Shown here piece after piece: positions 1 through 9,464 of a stretch of 64,000 nt of DNA. The notes beneath the pieces were generated by a model, which saw only the letters and a list, made by a program, of their open reading frames with translations, was not told the origin of the DNA and ran no database searches. The position numbers and the translations under genes are program-made. The first letter of the stretch is position 1. Each line of letters begins with the position of its first letter. Source of the stretch: Nitrospirota bacterium (lineage in GTDB: Bacteria > Nitrospirota > UBA9217); contig CAWIYV010000013.1 in the NCBI GenBank assembly GCA_963840455.1, positions 32,001 to 96,000 on the forward strand, in the 5' to 3' direction.

Positions 1-199
1 CACCAGATATCGTGAGAACCCCCTGACCTTGCATTGGAGTATAAGTCTTACCATCTACCACCACACTAGGATCATTCGGACTGATCTTCCCAGCAACTCT
101 GACAAAAGCTGGCGCAGCGTATACGGGGGTTGCGCTTGCTGCCGCCAAAGCAAATATGATTATTAAAAATATTATTTTTGTTTTTAAAAATTTGGCCAT
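1..199 (-). CDS. secreted hypothetical protein, runs off window start
   Basis: Manual translation MAKFLKTKIIFLIIIFALAAASATPVYA|APAFVRVAGKISPNDP..., signal-peptide-like, open to position 1. Confidence 0.55.
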   Translation of the reverse strand, partial: MAKFLKTKIIFLIIIFALAAASATPVYAAPAFVRVAGKISPNDPSVVVDGKTYTPMQGQGVLTISG

Positions 200-287
200 A
201 ATGTTTTTTATTTCGCCGCCCTTCATCGGCGTCACCGTGCTCCAGAAGCTGATCCTGTCGCTGGACGGATTGATGTGACTGGAGGGA

Positions 288-491
288 TTATAGATAAGGA
301 GCTGCAGACATGCAGTGATTCAGATCACAATGGAAGGGAATGGACATCATGATATACCAGGCGCCGTTCGGATCAGCATTGATACGCTCGAGATACGGTG
401 CTTTCGCCGGGACCGAAAGCGCGAGCAGCTCCCCGACGACGACTGAAGCCAGAAAAACGTATATTCCTGAGCGTATGAACCTGTTCATCAT
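288..491 (-). CDS. short hypothetical protein with signal-like N-terminus, possibly truncated
   Basis: AGGGAGG RBS before ATG; hydrophobic N-terminus; only 67 aa. Confidence 0.3.
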   Translation of the reverse strand: MMNRFIRSGIYVFLASVVVGELLALSVPAKAPYLERINADPNGAWYIMMSIPFHCDLNHCMSAAPYL

Positions 492-1163
492 GCGCCTCCC
501 TTATCCGTGAATATTCCCGGTCCCACAGCAGCCGGACCCATCGTATCCACGTCTTCCACGAATGACTATGTTGCCTCGTCCGCAGAACGTCATGTCCGAT
601 CGAACCTGGATCACATCGCATGGCACACCTCGCAGATCATTCCGCTGTTATGAGTGGAAGAACCTTCATGAGTCTTCTTCACTTTCACTATATATACAAG
701 TACGATGCCAAACGCGGCCCTGCACGCTAAGTATCTGATGTGCAAAGGATAAGCAGCTGGCCGCCAGTATTGACGAGCATACTTGTTTGCGATGGAGTGC
801 ATGCATTTCCCTACATTTTTATGAATGATCAGTGAGCGCGGGCTTGATTCTCCCAGTAAAAACAACGAGAAGTCTCCTGCAGGGATAATCATACATGTCC
901 AAAAAGCTTCCGGGATCGGGTACTGAGGCGGGATATGTTCCAGAATTCTGCCGGGAGGATTTCGATCCTGTCAATGGGTCGCGATTCGATATCGCGATGG
1001 TAGCGCTTGGTTTCTGCCTGAAGGTGAAAAGGATTGACAGCCGTTGGACCTGTATTTATACTCGAAGCATGTTGCCGTCGTCATCGCGTCGGCAGCGCTC
1101 GGCAACAGGCTGCCTGGTCTACCGATGTTTACGGCGGATCGAGGACAAGATCTCCATGCCCCC

Positions 1164-2120
1164 ATGCCCTACACGATCCTGATAACCGGTCTCGGCGCGC
1201 TCGGAACGGTCTTCGCAACGTTCCTGAAAGAAGCGGGCCATGCGGTCCACGCCCTCACGCGGGAAAAGTACCTTTCGGCGCTCGCTGACCGGAAACTCCG
1301 CGTGACCGGCATCTGGGGCAGGCACGAGGCCGTTCTCGACGGCATCCATGGTTCCATCGACCCGCTCAGGCTCACCGCCTTCGACCTCATCATCCTCACG
1401 GTGAAGTCCTATGATACGGCTGCGGCCATCGAGCAGGTGAAGCCGCTCGTGGGCAAGGACACGCTGGTCATGGCAGCCCAGAACGGCTACGGGAATTATG
1501 AGACCGTTGCCGCGTCGATCGGCAAGGAGCACGCGCTTCTTGCTCGGGTCATATTCGGCGTGAAGCTTCCTGCTCCCGGGAGGGCCGAGGTCACGGTTAT
1601 AGCCGATGACGTCCGCATGGGCCAGCCGGAATGCGCGATCGCTCCCGGAAGGGTGAAAATGATCGCCGCAGCGATCAATGCGGCGGGCATACCGACGTCG
1701 TATGCGGAGAATGTTTCCGCCATACTGTGGGACAAGATACTCTATAATGCCGCGCTCAATCCGCTCGGCGCAGTGCTCGAGTGCACCTACGGCCAGCTCG
1801 CGGAGAACCCGGATACAAGACGTCTCATGGATCTGATCATCGACGAGGTCTTCCTGGTCGCGCAGGCGCATACTATCCCCCTGAACTGGAGAACGGCCGA
1901 AGAATACAAGACGCACTTTTACACCCGCCTTGTCCCGCCCACGGCAAAGCATTTCCCGTCCATGTACTACGATGTCAAGGCCGGCAAGCGGCTCGAGATC
2001 GATGCCCTGAACGGCGCCATTGTGCGGCTGGCAGGGGAGAAGGGGATCAGCGTGCCGGTGAACGAGACCATCACGCTGCTCATCAAGGCAAAAGAAGCTA
2101 TGGCGGTGATGGAAAAGTAA
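1164..2120 (+). CDS. panE: 2-dehydropantoate 2-reductase (ketopantoate reductase)
   Basis: GLGALG Rossmann motif, TVKSYD, QNG, WDK..YNAALN, SMYYD..AGKRLEIDALNG. Confidence 0.9.
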   Translation: MPYTILITGLGALGTVFATFLKEAGHAVHALTREKYLSALADRKLRVTGIWGRHEAVLDGIHGSIDPLRLTAFDLIILTVKSYDTAAAIEQVKPLVGKDTLVMAAQNGYGNYETVAASIGKEHALLARVIFGVKLPAPGRAEVTVIADDVRMGQPECAIAPGRVKMIAAAINAAGIPTSYAENVSAILWDKILYNAALNPLGAVLECTYGQLAENPDTRRLMDLIIDEVFLVAQAHTIPLNWRTAEEYKTHFYTRLVPPTAKHFPSMYYDVKAGKRLEIDALNGAIVRLAGEKGISVPVNETITLLIKAKEAMAVMEK

Positions 2121-2147
2121 AGTTATTCCCCTGAACTTCTGCAACGA

Positions 2148-2328
2148 TTCTTTTGTCACCTTTCTTGCTTGCCCGAAGAAAGGTGACCCAAAGAAGAGCA
2201 CCCGGCGAAAATCCTTTACGGCATGCTCGGTCGTCCTCGGTACATTTTAGAAACTCGCCCTTCGGGCTCAGACAGTCTAAAATGTTTAACCCTCGGACTC
2301 GGTCGCCTGCCTAGATTTTCGCATGGGG
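2148..2328. repeat. palindromic intergenic repeat, module alpha
   Basis: Reverse complement of 34810-35032; core AAACTCGCCCTTCGGGCTCAGACAG identical in both. Confidence 0.8.
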
Positions 2329-2345
2329 ACTGCTTAAGTCTTCGC

Positions 2346-2533
2346 CTTACTCAACCCCCGCACGTCTCCGGAGCGGACCTACGAAATTATTGGGCACCCG
2401 TCTTGGCCTAAGGAAGCGTCCCGACAGGGCGTCCGCGCATGTCCGAGGCCGCAGGCCGAGTTTGCGCGGGCGAGCGGACGTGGCCTTAGACGGGTCAATA
2501 ATTTCGTTCAGGACGCGAAGGGGATGTGCAAAA
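2346..2533 (-). repeat. palindromic intergenic repeat, module beta (inverted copy)
   Basis: Reverse complement of 11705-11890 and 14214-14400; internal inverted arms 2381-2392/2496-2507. Confidence 0.85.
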
Positions 2534-2815
2534 AAAAGATCACAACGGCAGAGCGATGAGCTGCCCAAAAAAGAAAAAATCATGCATTTTTTCCGACGAC
2601 GATCGGGCATGTAAAGCAGGGCAGAGCACGGCGCTGCTCAATTAAAGAAGATCACGATCAGGCCAAAGGTCAAGCTGGCCCTCTAGGTTCACAGTTTCGA
2701 ATATCATTGACACCCGCCGTTCCTTTTGCTACTGTCATTACAGGGCCAATCAGCGAAGAGGGCGACCATGCCTTCACCCATCAGGCCCGATTTCCGTGAG
2801 CGAAAGGAGCTCCCC

Positions 2816-3730
2816 ATGAAACGTCGTACGATCGTCAGTATGGTACTGGCAAGTCTCGTTCTCTTCTCCCTGGCAGCAATGGCCCAGGCAGAGGGGCTGA
2901 AGCCCTTTGTGCTCGGAGCGGAGCCGCAGCAGACCGACCTGGAGCAGGCTGCCGTGGCGGTGAAGACCAGCCTGCAGGGCCAGGGCTTCGAGGTGGCAGG
3001 GAGCTATGCGCCTTACCCGAACGCCGTGGTGATCGTCGTGACCAGCGAGGCGCTCAAGGCCAACGCCGCAAAGAGCGACTTCGGCGGGTACGGCGCGGCC
3101 ATGCGCGTGGCCGTGACGAAGGTGAAGGACAAGCTCCAGGTCTCCTATACCAACCCTCCCTATTGGGCAGCTGCGTACCGGATGCAGGGGAACCTCGAGG
3201 ACGTGAAGACAAAGCTCGAGGCAGCTTTGGGGAAACAGAAGGAATACGGCTCCCAGGACGGGATCACGGAAAAGAAACTGCGCAAGTACAATTACATGAT
3301 GGGCATGGCCAAGTTCGATAGTCTCGGCGATCATGAGCTTGCTGCGTTCAAGACCTACCAGGAGGCGGTGAACGCCGTTGAAGCGGGCCTCGCCGCTGGC
3401 AAGGCAGGGGTGACCAAGGTGTATCGCATCGATGTTCCGGGCAAGGAAGAGACCGTCTTCGGCGTGGCCATCGCCAAGGGAAAGGGCGCGGACAAGTATG
3501 TCATGGACTACATCGACTTCGCCGACGTCAAGTCCACCGCCCATCTTCCTTACGAGATCCTGGTGTCGGGGAACAAGGTGTATCATCTCTTTGCCAAGTT
3601 CCGCATCGCCATCAGCTTCCCGGACCTCAGCATGATGGGCAGCAACAGCTTCATGTCCATCATGAGCGCGCCGGGCGCCATCAAGGACGCGCTCACCGAG
3701 ACCGTAACGCCGGCTGCCGAGAAGAAATAG
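2816..3730 (+). CDS. periplasmic/secreted hypothetical protein
   Basis: AAAGGAG RBS, Sec signal peptide (AMAQA|E), host-like codon usage. Confidence 0.85.
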   Translation: MKRRTIVSMVLASLVLFSLAAMAQAEGLKPFVLGAEPQQTDLEQAAVAVKTSLQGQGFEVAGSYAPYPNAVVIVVTSEALKANAAKSDFGGYGAAMRVAVTKVKDKLQVSYTNPPYWAAAYRMQGNLEDVKTKLEAALGKQKEYGSQDGITEKKLRKYNYMMGMAKFDSLGDHELAAFKTYQEAVNAVEAGLAAGKAGVTKVYRIDVPGKEETVFGVAIAKGKGADKYVMDYIDFADVKSTAHLPYEILVSGNKVYHLFAKFRIAISFPDLSMMGSNSFMSIMSAPGAIKDALTETVTPAAEKK

Positions 3731-3915
3731 CCGGTTGTCTTCTTTCCGGGGTCATGGTCCCGGGCTGTCATTCGCGACAATGCGCCGGCTATGACCCCGT
3801 TCCTTTTTCAGCCGCATCGCCATTCCCCTCAGAAAGTTGCAGGGAGCTTTAACGTTTTCGGGTAAACGCCGCTGCCGGCGGTCCTTGCGCGGAAACCGGC
3901 GGACACAGTGGCGCA

Positions 3916-4488
3916 TCATCTGCTCATCCGTTTCTCCCACCGTCCCAGGAAAGAGAACATACCTCCGGCGATGATGATCAACGCGATGATCACGACCCAA
4001 TGGTTCACGCCCAGCAGCCCCGGGACCGTGACCACTCCCATATCAGAGGAGAGGTAGAATCCTTCCAGCATCGGATAGAGGACCGCGAACAGGAGCGAAC
4101 CAGCGCTGACGCCGGCCATCGTGACCAGCGCGTCGAGCCTGCCTGACGCAAAGCCTGTAACGGCCGTGCCCGGACAGTAGCCGCTTACCACAAAACCCAC
4201 GCCGAAGATCAGTCCGCCCACGAGCTGCGGCCAGAAGAAGGTCGGGATGATATAGACCCGCCCAAGATCCATCAGGTGGAGGTCCGAGAGAAGGTAGATG
4301 CCTGTGGAGGCAACGACGATGGCCGTGAACATGACCTTCGGTACGGTAAAGTCCTGGAAATAGAAAACGCCGGTCAACTTGTGCGGGTTGCCGAGGCCGC
4401 TCCGTTCCAGGGAGAGGCCGAAGAAGATCCCGAACAGCAGGGCCAGCCCGAGGCCGGCGGCATCGCTCATTTCAAAGGGCGCAGTCAT
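3916..4488 (-). CDS. YeeE/YedE family sulfur (thiosulfate) transporter half
   Basis: GIFFGLSLERSG and GYCPGT motifs, multiple TM helices; start overlaps partner stop (ATGA). Confidence 0.85.
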   Translation of the reverse strand: MTAPFEMSDAAGLGLALLFGIFFGLSLERSGLGNPHKLTGVFYFQDFTVPKVMFTAIVVASTGIYLLSDLHLMDLGRVYIIPTFFWPQLVGGLIFGVGFVVSGYCPGTAVTGFASGRLDALVTMAGVSAGSLLFAVLYPMLEGFYLSSDMGVVTVPGLLGVNHWVVIIALIIIAGGMFSFLGRWEKRMSR

Positions 4489-4994
4489 GACCAGTACCTC
4501 CTGAACAGCGCAGCGAAAAGGAAGCCGCTCACGAACATGGCGATCACGAAGACCCACCCCGCCAGTGCCAGCTGCGATCCGCCGGTCAGGGCAACGCCGC
4601 TCGTGCATCCGCGGGCAAGCCTCGCCGCGAAGCCGATCAGCATCCCCCCTCCGAAGGCCGTGAACACCCGCGTGCGAACGCTCATCGACGCGCTTTTATC
4701 GAACATAAGCCTGAAGTTCCGGCTGGCCAGAGCGCCTGCCAGACCACCCAGAAACACTCCGATGAGCAAAAAGAGGCCCCAATCCAGCAGCGGGTGAGGA
4801 AGGTCCAGATAGCGAGAAAAATACTTCAGGCTACCTGCATAATCGGGGGCCACGGCGTTCGTGCCCACGCCCGCGATGAGAGAAAAAGGGCCTGATGCGC
4901 CGAAGCCCCTGCCCGCTGCGTAGAACGATGCCAGCAGGCTTAAACCGAGGATGGTCCCCGTAACATAGGGCGACAAATAGGTTCCTTTTCTCAT
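4485..4994 (-). CDS. YeeE/YedE family sulfur (thiosulfate) transporter half
   Basis: SPYVTG, GFGASG, GFAARLARGCTSG motifs. Confidence 0.85.
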   Translation of the reverse strand: MRKGTYLSPYVTGTILGLSLLASFYAAGRGFGASGPFSLIAGVGTNAVAPDYAGSLKYFSRYLDLPHPLLDWGLFLLIGVFLGGLAGALASRNFRLMFDKSASMSVRTRVFTAFGGGMLIGFAARLARGCTSGVALTGGSQLALAGWVFVIAMFVSGFLFAALFRRYWS

Positions 4995-5157
4995 CTCTTG
5001 CCTCCGTCTCTCTTCACCAAGCATGAAATAGAAGACCCAATTTCTCTTATATATATTCACGCTTCTCTTCTGTTTTGTCAATACCGGGAAAGGGGATCGG
5101 AACGGAATCGCCAGGAACGCGGGAGGGGCGCTGCGAAACAGGAGACAGGTCCTGAGC

Positions 5158-5838
5158 TCAAGGTCCTCGCTTTGTTGCCACATATACTACGTGCCGCAAA
5201 CCGCCACGGCCGGGCCGCAGGCGCTCTACGGTGAATCTGGCCGACGAGAGCCGCTTCTCGAACGCGGCATCGGGATTCTCCCCCCAAACAGCGAGGATCC
5301 CGCCCGGGGTGAGGGCGTGTGCGGTCGTCTGAAGCGCGAGGCTCCCGTAAAAGGGGTCATAGTGCTCATCCGTGTCCACGCCGGGGCCGACATAGAGGTC
5401 GATGATGATGGCGTCGTACCGCTCCGCGCCCTTGCGTGAGGCGCCGATGATCACGGCGGCTACATCATCCGTCTCGATCGAGACCCTCGGGTCGCTCGCC
5501 GCGCTCCTCGTCAGGTCCGCAAGAGGGCCGCAGCACCATTTCACCACGACAGGATTGAGCTCGGCCACGACGACCCGGGCGTCAGGCGGGAGGACATCGA
5601 GAGCGGCGCGCAGGGTGAACCCCATGCCCAGGCCGCCGATCAGCACGCGCGGCCGGGGGCGGTCAACTACCAGCCTGCAGGCGTGCTCGCCCAGGGTCAG
5701 CTCGGAACGGTTCGCGCTGCTGTTCATCAGCACGCGGCCGTTGACCAGGAGCAGAAAATCCCGTTCGCTCCGCTTGCGCAGTTCGAGGAAGTTCTCTCCC
5801 GTATCGATCTTGTCTATTGTCTGCCACGGCAGTGCCAT
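5158..5838 (-). CDS. spermidine synthase-like class I SAM-dependent transferase
   Basis: VLIGGLGMGFT, VAELNP, YDAIIIDLYVGP. Confidence 0.8.
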   Translation of the reverse strand: MALPWQTIDKIDTGENFLELRKRSERDFLLLVNGRVLMNSSANRSELTLGEHACRLVVDRPRPRVLIGGLGMGFTLRAALDVLPPDARVVVAELNPVVVKWCCGPLADLTRSAASDPRVSIETDDVAAVIIGASRKGAERYDAIIIDLYVGPGVDTDEHYDPFYGSLALQTTAHALTPGGILAVWGENPDAAFEKRLSSARFTVERLRPGRGGLRHVVYVATKRGP

Positions 5839-6005
5839 GCCCGAGTTCCTTCTCCCGATGATGCGGTCCTGGGTCGCTGTCCAGCAGCTTGCCACAGGGA
5901 GCTTCAATGCGGCTATCAATCTACACCAGTCGGCAGGCGGACTCAAGCGGAAAGACCGCATTGCCATCTGCTTGACAGCGTATCGACCCCGTGGTACGTT
6001 GCTCA

Positions 6006-6890
6006 ATGGCCCCGATCCTTGAAGCACGCAGCATCGTGAAAACCTATCCCGGCGTCACAGCAGTTGACCGCGTGGACCTCGCGATCGAGGCGGGCGCCTG
6101 TTTCGGCCTGCTCGGGCCGAACGGCGCGGGCAAGACCACGCTCATCGAGATCATGGAAGGGATCAAGCGGGCCGATGCCGGGACGGCCTTGTACGAGGGC
6201 GCGCCCGTGGGCGCGAAGTTCCGCAGGGAAGCGGGCATCCAGTTCCAGGCCACGTCGCTCCAGGAGTTCCTGACGGTACGGGAGACCATTACCCTGTTCC
6301 GGGAACTCTATCCGAAGGCGATGGCGATGAGCGACCTGGTCAGGCTCCTGAGCCTCGACGAGTTCCTGGACCGGGACACGCGCAAGCTTTCCGGCGGCCA
6401 GCGCCAGCGGCTGTTGATGGCCCTGGCCCTGGTCAACGACCCGGTCGTGCTGTTCCTCGACGAGCCGACGACCGGGCTCGACCCCCAGGCGCGCAGGAAC
6501 TTCTGGGACCTCATCCGCATGATCAAGTCTCAGGGCAAGACCATCGTACTTACCACCCATTACATGGAAGAGGCTTACGAGCTGTGCGATGAGATCGCCA
6601 TCATGGACCGCGGGCGGTTCATCGCCCGGGGAACGCCTCAGCAGCTGCTGCGGGATCACTTTGGGACCGTGATCCTGCAGTTCCCGAAGGAGGACGTGGA
6701 GGGGCGGCTCGACGGTCTGCCGGATCCCGTGGTCCGCAGGGACGGCGAGATCGAGGTCAAGACGAACGACGTGGACCGGACCGTGAAGCAGCTGCTGGAG
6801 CGCGGCGTGCCGTTATCGCGGATGAAGATGCGGTCCTGGAACCTGGAGGACCTGTTCATCGCGCTGACGGGGAAGGGCCTGAGGGGATGA
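6006..6890 (+). CDS. ABC-2 type transporter ATP-binding protein
   Basis: GPNGAGKTT, LSGGQ, FLDEPTTGLD, TTHYMEEA. Confidence 0.92.
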   Translation: MAPILEARSIVKTYPGVTAVDRVDLAIEAGACFGLLGPNGAGKTTLIEIMEGIKRADAGTALYEGAPVGAKFRREAGIQFQATSLQEFLTVRETITLFRELYPKAMAMSDLVRLLSLDEFLDRDTRKLSGGQRQRLLMALALVNDPVVLFLDEPTTGLDPQARRNFWDLIRMIKSQGKTIVLTTHYMEEAYELCDEIAIMDRGRFIARGTPQQLLRDHFGTVILQFPKEDVEGRLDGLPDPVVRRDGEIEVKTNDVDRTVKQLLERGVPLSRMKMRSWNLEDLFIALTGKGLRG

Positions 6891-6897
6891 AAGGACG

Positions 6898-7031
6898 GAC
6901 GCGGAGACACAGAGACTTTGAGATATGAGATACTAACAAGCGCATGAAATTCTTTGCTTCATCGAGGTTACTGAGGAAGTCTAAAAACCGCTTCTCATGG
7001 TCTTCCTCTGTGAACTCTGTGTTCTCTGTGG
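6898..7031. repeat. 9-nt-periodic imperfect inverted repeat at gene junction
   Basis: Left GACGCGGAG ACACAGAGAC; right CTCTGTGAA CTCTGTGTT CTCTGTGGC. Confidence 0.6.
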
Positions 7032-7059
7032 CAGATGTTGGCGTTATAGGAACGATACT

Positions 7060-8067
7060 ATGAAACGATTTCTCGCGGTCATGCATGCAAGGAACATGGA
7101 GTTCATCCGGGACAAGTCGTCCCTGGGCTGGAACATCCTGTTCCCGCTCCTGCTCGTGCTGGGGTTTGCCGTGGTGTTCTCGGGCGATGACAAGCCCCTG
7201 TACAAGGTCGGTGTTCTGGGCGATCCGGCGCGCCTGAGCTCCCGGGAAAGCCGGTTCTTCTCCACACGGTACATCCAGTTCATTCCCGTGACCGACCTGG
7301 ACAAGGGCATCGACAAAGTGGAGCACTTCCAGATCGACATGCTGGTCGACGTGCGTGAAGGCCGGCGGTACTGGGTGAACGGAACATCGCCCAACGGCTA
7401 CCTGCTCGAGCGCATCCTGGGCGGCGAACACGCAAATGAGTTCCAGCGGGTGGAGGTACGGGGCAGGAAGATCCGCTACGTGGACTGGGTCGTGCCGGGC
7501 GTGCTGGCCATGAACATGATGTTCAGTTGTCTCTTCGGCGTGGGATATGTGATCGTGCGGTACCGGAAGAACGGCTTTTTGAAACGGCTCAAGGCGACGC
7601 CGCTCAATCCCTTCGAGTTCCTGCTGGCCCAGATGACGTCGCGTCTGATCCTGATCCTGGCCATTACGGTCGCGGTCTATGCCGGCTGCAACTACTTCAT
7701 CCAGTTCGAGATGCGGGGAGCCTATGCCAGCCTCTTCCTCCTGACCGTGCTGGGAGCGGTCTGCCTGATCTCGTGCGGCCTGCTCGTCTCGGCGCGCCTT
7801 TCCAGCGAGGAGCTCGCCGGCGGCATCCTGAACCTGTTAACGTGGCCCATGATGCTGCTCTCCGGCGTGTGGTTCTCCCTGGAAGGCACGAACCCGGTCA
7901 TTCAGAGGATCGCCCAGTTCCTTCCGCTCACCCATATCGTGGACGGAGCGCGGGCGATCATGACCGAGGGTGCCGGGCTGGCCGAGATAGCGCCCCACCT
8001 TGTCGTGCTCTCGCTGATGAGTACGGTCTTTCTGGGAGTCGGCTCGCTGATCTTCCGGTGGGAATAG
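7060..8067 (+). CDS. ABC-2 type transporter permease
   Basis: YVDWVVPGVLAM, LKRLKATPL, LSGVWFS, LPLTH. Confidence 0.9.
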   Translation: MKRFLAVMHARNMEFIRDKSSLGWNILFPLLLVLGFAVVFSGDDKPLYKVGVLGDPARLSSRESRFFSTRYIQFIPVTDLDKGIDKVEHFQIDMLVDVREGRRYWVNGTSPNGYLLERILGGEHANEFQRVEVRGRKIRYVDWVVPGVLAMNMMFSCLFGVGYVIVRYRKNGFLKRLKATPLNPFEFLLAQMTSRLILILAITVAVYAGCNYFIQFEMRGAYASLFLLTVLGAVCLISCGLLVSARLSSEELAGGILNLLTWPMMLLSGVWFSLEGTNPVIQRIAQFLPLTHIVDGARAIMTEGAGLAEIAPHLVVLSLMSTVFLGVGSLIFRWE

Positions 8068-8170
8068 CAGGGGATGGGGGGCAGAAGACAGAATTAAGAA
8101 GGAAGAATCAGGAAAGGAGGCAGCAGGAAACAGGCGACTGCTCCCGCAGAGGACCAGGCGGACGAAAACC

Positions 8171-8557
8171 CTATTTCCCGTTCTTGCTGTACTGGATGTT
8201 GATCTCGTAGGCGATGCTGGCGTGGCCGTGGCCGAGGTTCTCGGTCTTGCCGTGACAGTTGATGTTCCCCTTGACCGTGGGCTTCCGGTTCTTCACCAGG
8301 GAGGCGACGACGGGGGCAAGGTCGAAGCCGCCGTTGGTGCATTCGTCACGCATGCAGTCCAGGCGGAAGAAGGCATAGTTCGTGGGACAGAAGCTGACGG
8401 TGCGCTTCATCAGGACCGGGTCCGCGGTCTTCTGGTAATAGGTCATGCGGAACTCGATGTTCGCGACGCCGGGAAAGCGGTCCGAGACGAGGCCGGCCGC
8501 CAGCATGATGTTTTTCTTTACTTCAAGTTGTTCGCGGTAGCTCTGCTTGCGTATCAT
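8171..8557 (-). CDS. hypothetical Cys-containing protein
   Basis: 128-aa ORF with host codon bias; C-x4-C (CMRDEC), NGGFDL, CHG. Confidence 0.75.
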   Translation of the reverse strand: MIRKQSYREQLEVKKNIMLAAGLVSDRFPGVANIEFRMTYYQKTADPVLMKRTVSFCPTNYAFFRLDCMRDECTNGGFDLAPVVASLVKNRKPTVKGNINCHGKTENLGHGHASIAYEINIQYSKNGK

Positions 8558-8683
8558 TTTTCCCCCATCGGCCCCGCCGTTGCCAAAAATAAAAGGCCGC
8601 AAAGACGCAGGTCTTTGTGGCCTGTCCAGTACAACCTTGATATATCCTTGCATATAGTATCCCACTTTTCACGCGAAATAGCA

Positions 8684-8740
8684 ACATATGTTTATATGTG
8701 CTGTCAAGCCAAAGTAGAAATGTCCTATGTTTATATGTGC
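8684..8740. promoter_or_regulatory. tandem putative operator sites in divergent promoter
   Basis: TATGTTTATATGTGC at 8687 and 8726; first copy lies in palindrome ACATAT-N4-ATATGT; minus-strand TTGACA at 8702-8707. Confidence 0.5.
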
Positions 8741-8802
8741 CCGGAAGGTGATTTGCTATAATAGAGCAAGGAATCGCGGTCCGCAAAACAGGGAGGCTCA
8801 CC

Positions 8803-9450
8803 ATGAGGGTCCCGTTCTTATCCGCATTGATCATAGCCCTGCTCCTCTGCGATGCAGTTGCAGCCGAACAGCAGCTTACATCGCTGCAGCTGCCCGCGCC
8901 TCAGACCGATAGCGGCCGCCCCCTCATGCAGGTGCTGAAGGAGCGGAGCACGTCCAGGTCCTTCAGCTCCCGGAAGCTCCCTCCCCAGGTCCTGTCCAAT
9001 CTTCTCTGGGCCGCCTTCGGCATCAACCGGCCGGAGAGCGGACACCGGACCGCGCCTTCTGCCATGGACCGCCAGGAGATCGATATCTATGTCGCCATGG
9101 CGGAGGGACTGTATGTCTACGAGGCGAAGACCCATGTGCTCCAGCCGGTGCTCGCTGTGGACATCCGGGCCATGACCGGCCGCCAGTCCTTCGTTGCCGA
9201 TGCGCCTGTGAACCTCGTTTACGTGGCGGACCTTGGCCGCATGGGCAAGGCTTCGAAGGAGGAGCAGGACCTTTACTCAGCCGCAGACACGGGTTTCATC
9301 AGCGAGAACGTCTACCTGTTCTGCGCCTCCGAGGGTCTGGCAACGGTGGTGCGTGGGTCGGTTGACCGGGAGACCCTGGCGAAGGCGATGCGGCTCCGGC
9401 CAGACCAGAAGATTATCCTCGCCCAGACGGTCGGCTATCCGAAAAAATAG
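8803..9450 (+). CDS. nitroreductase family protein (SagB/ThcOx-like) with signal peptide
   Basis: RSTSRSFS, LLWAAFG, RTAPSA, ENVYL..ASEGL, QTVGYP. Confidence 0.85.
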   Translation: MRVPFLSALIIALLLCDAVAAEQQLTSLQLPAPQTDSGRPLMQVLKERSTSRSFSSRKLPPQVLSNLLWAAFGINRPESGHRTAPSAMDRQEIDIYVAMAEGLYVYEAKTHVLQPVLAVDIRAMTGRQSFVADAPVNLVYVADLGRMGKASKEEQDLYSAADTGFISENVYLFCASEGLATVVRGSVDRETLAKAMRLRPDQKIILAQTVGYPKK

Positions 9451-9464
9451 GGGAGGCTCGGGGG

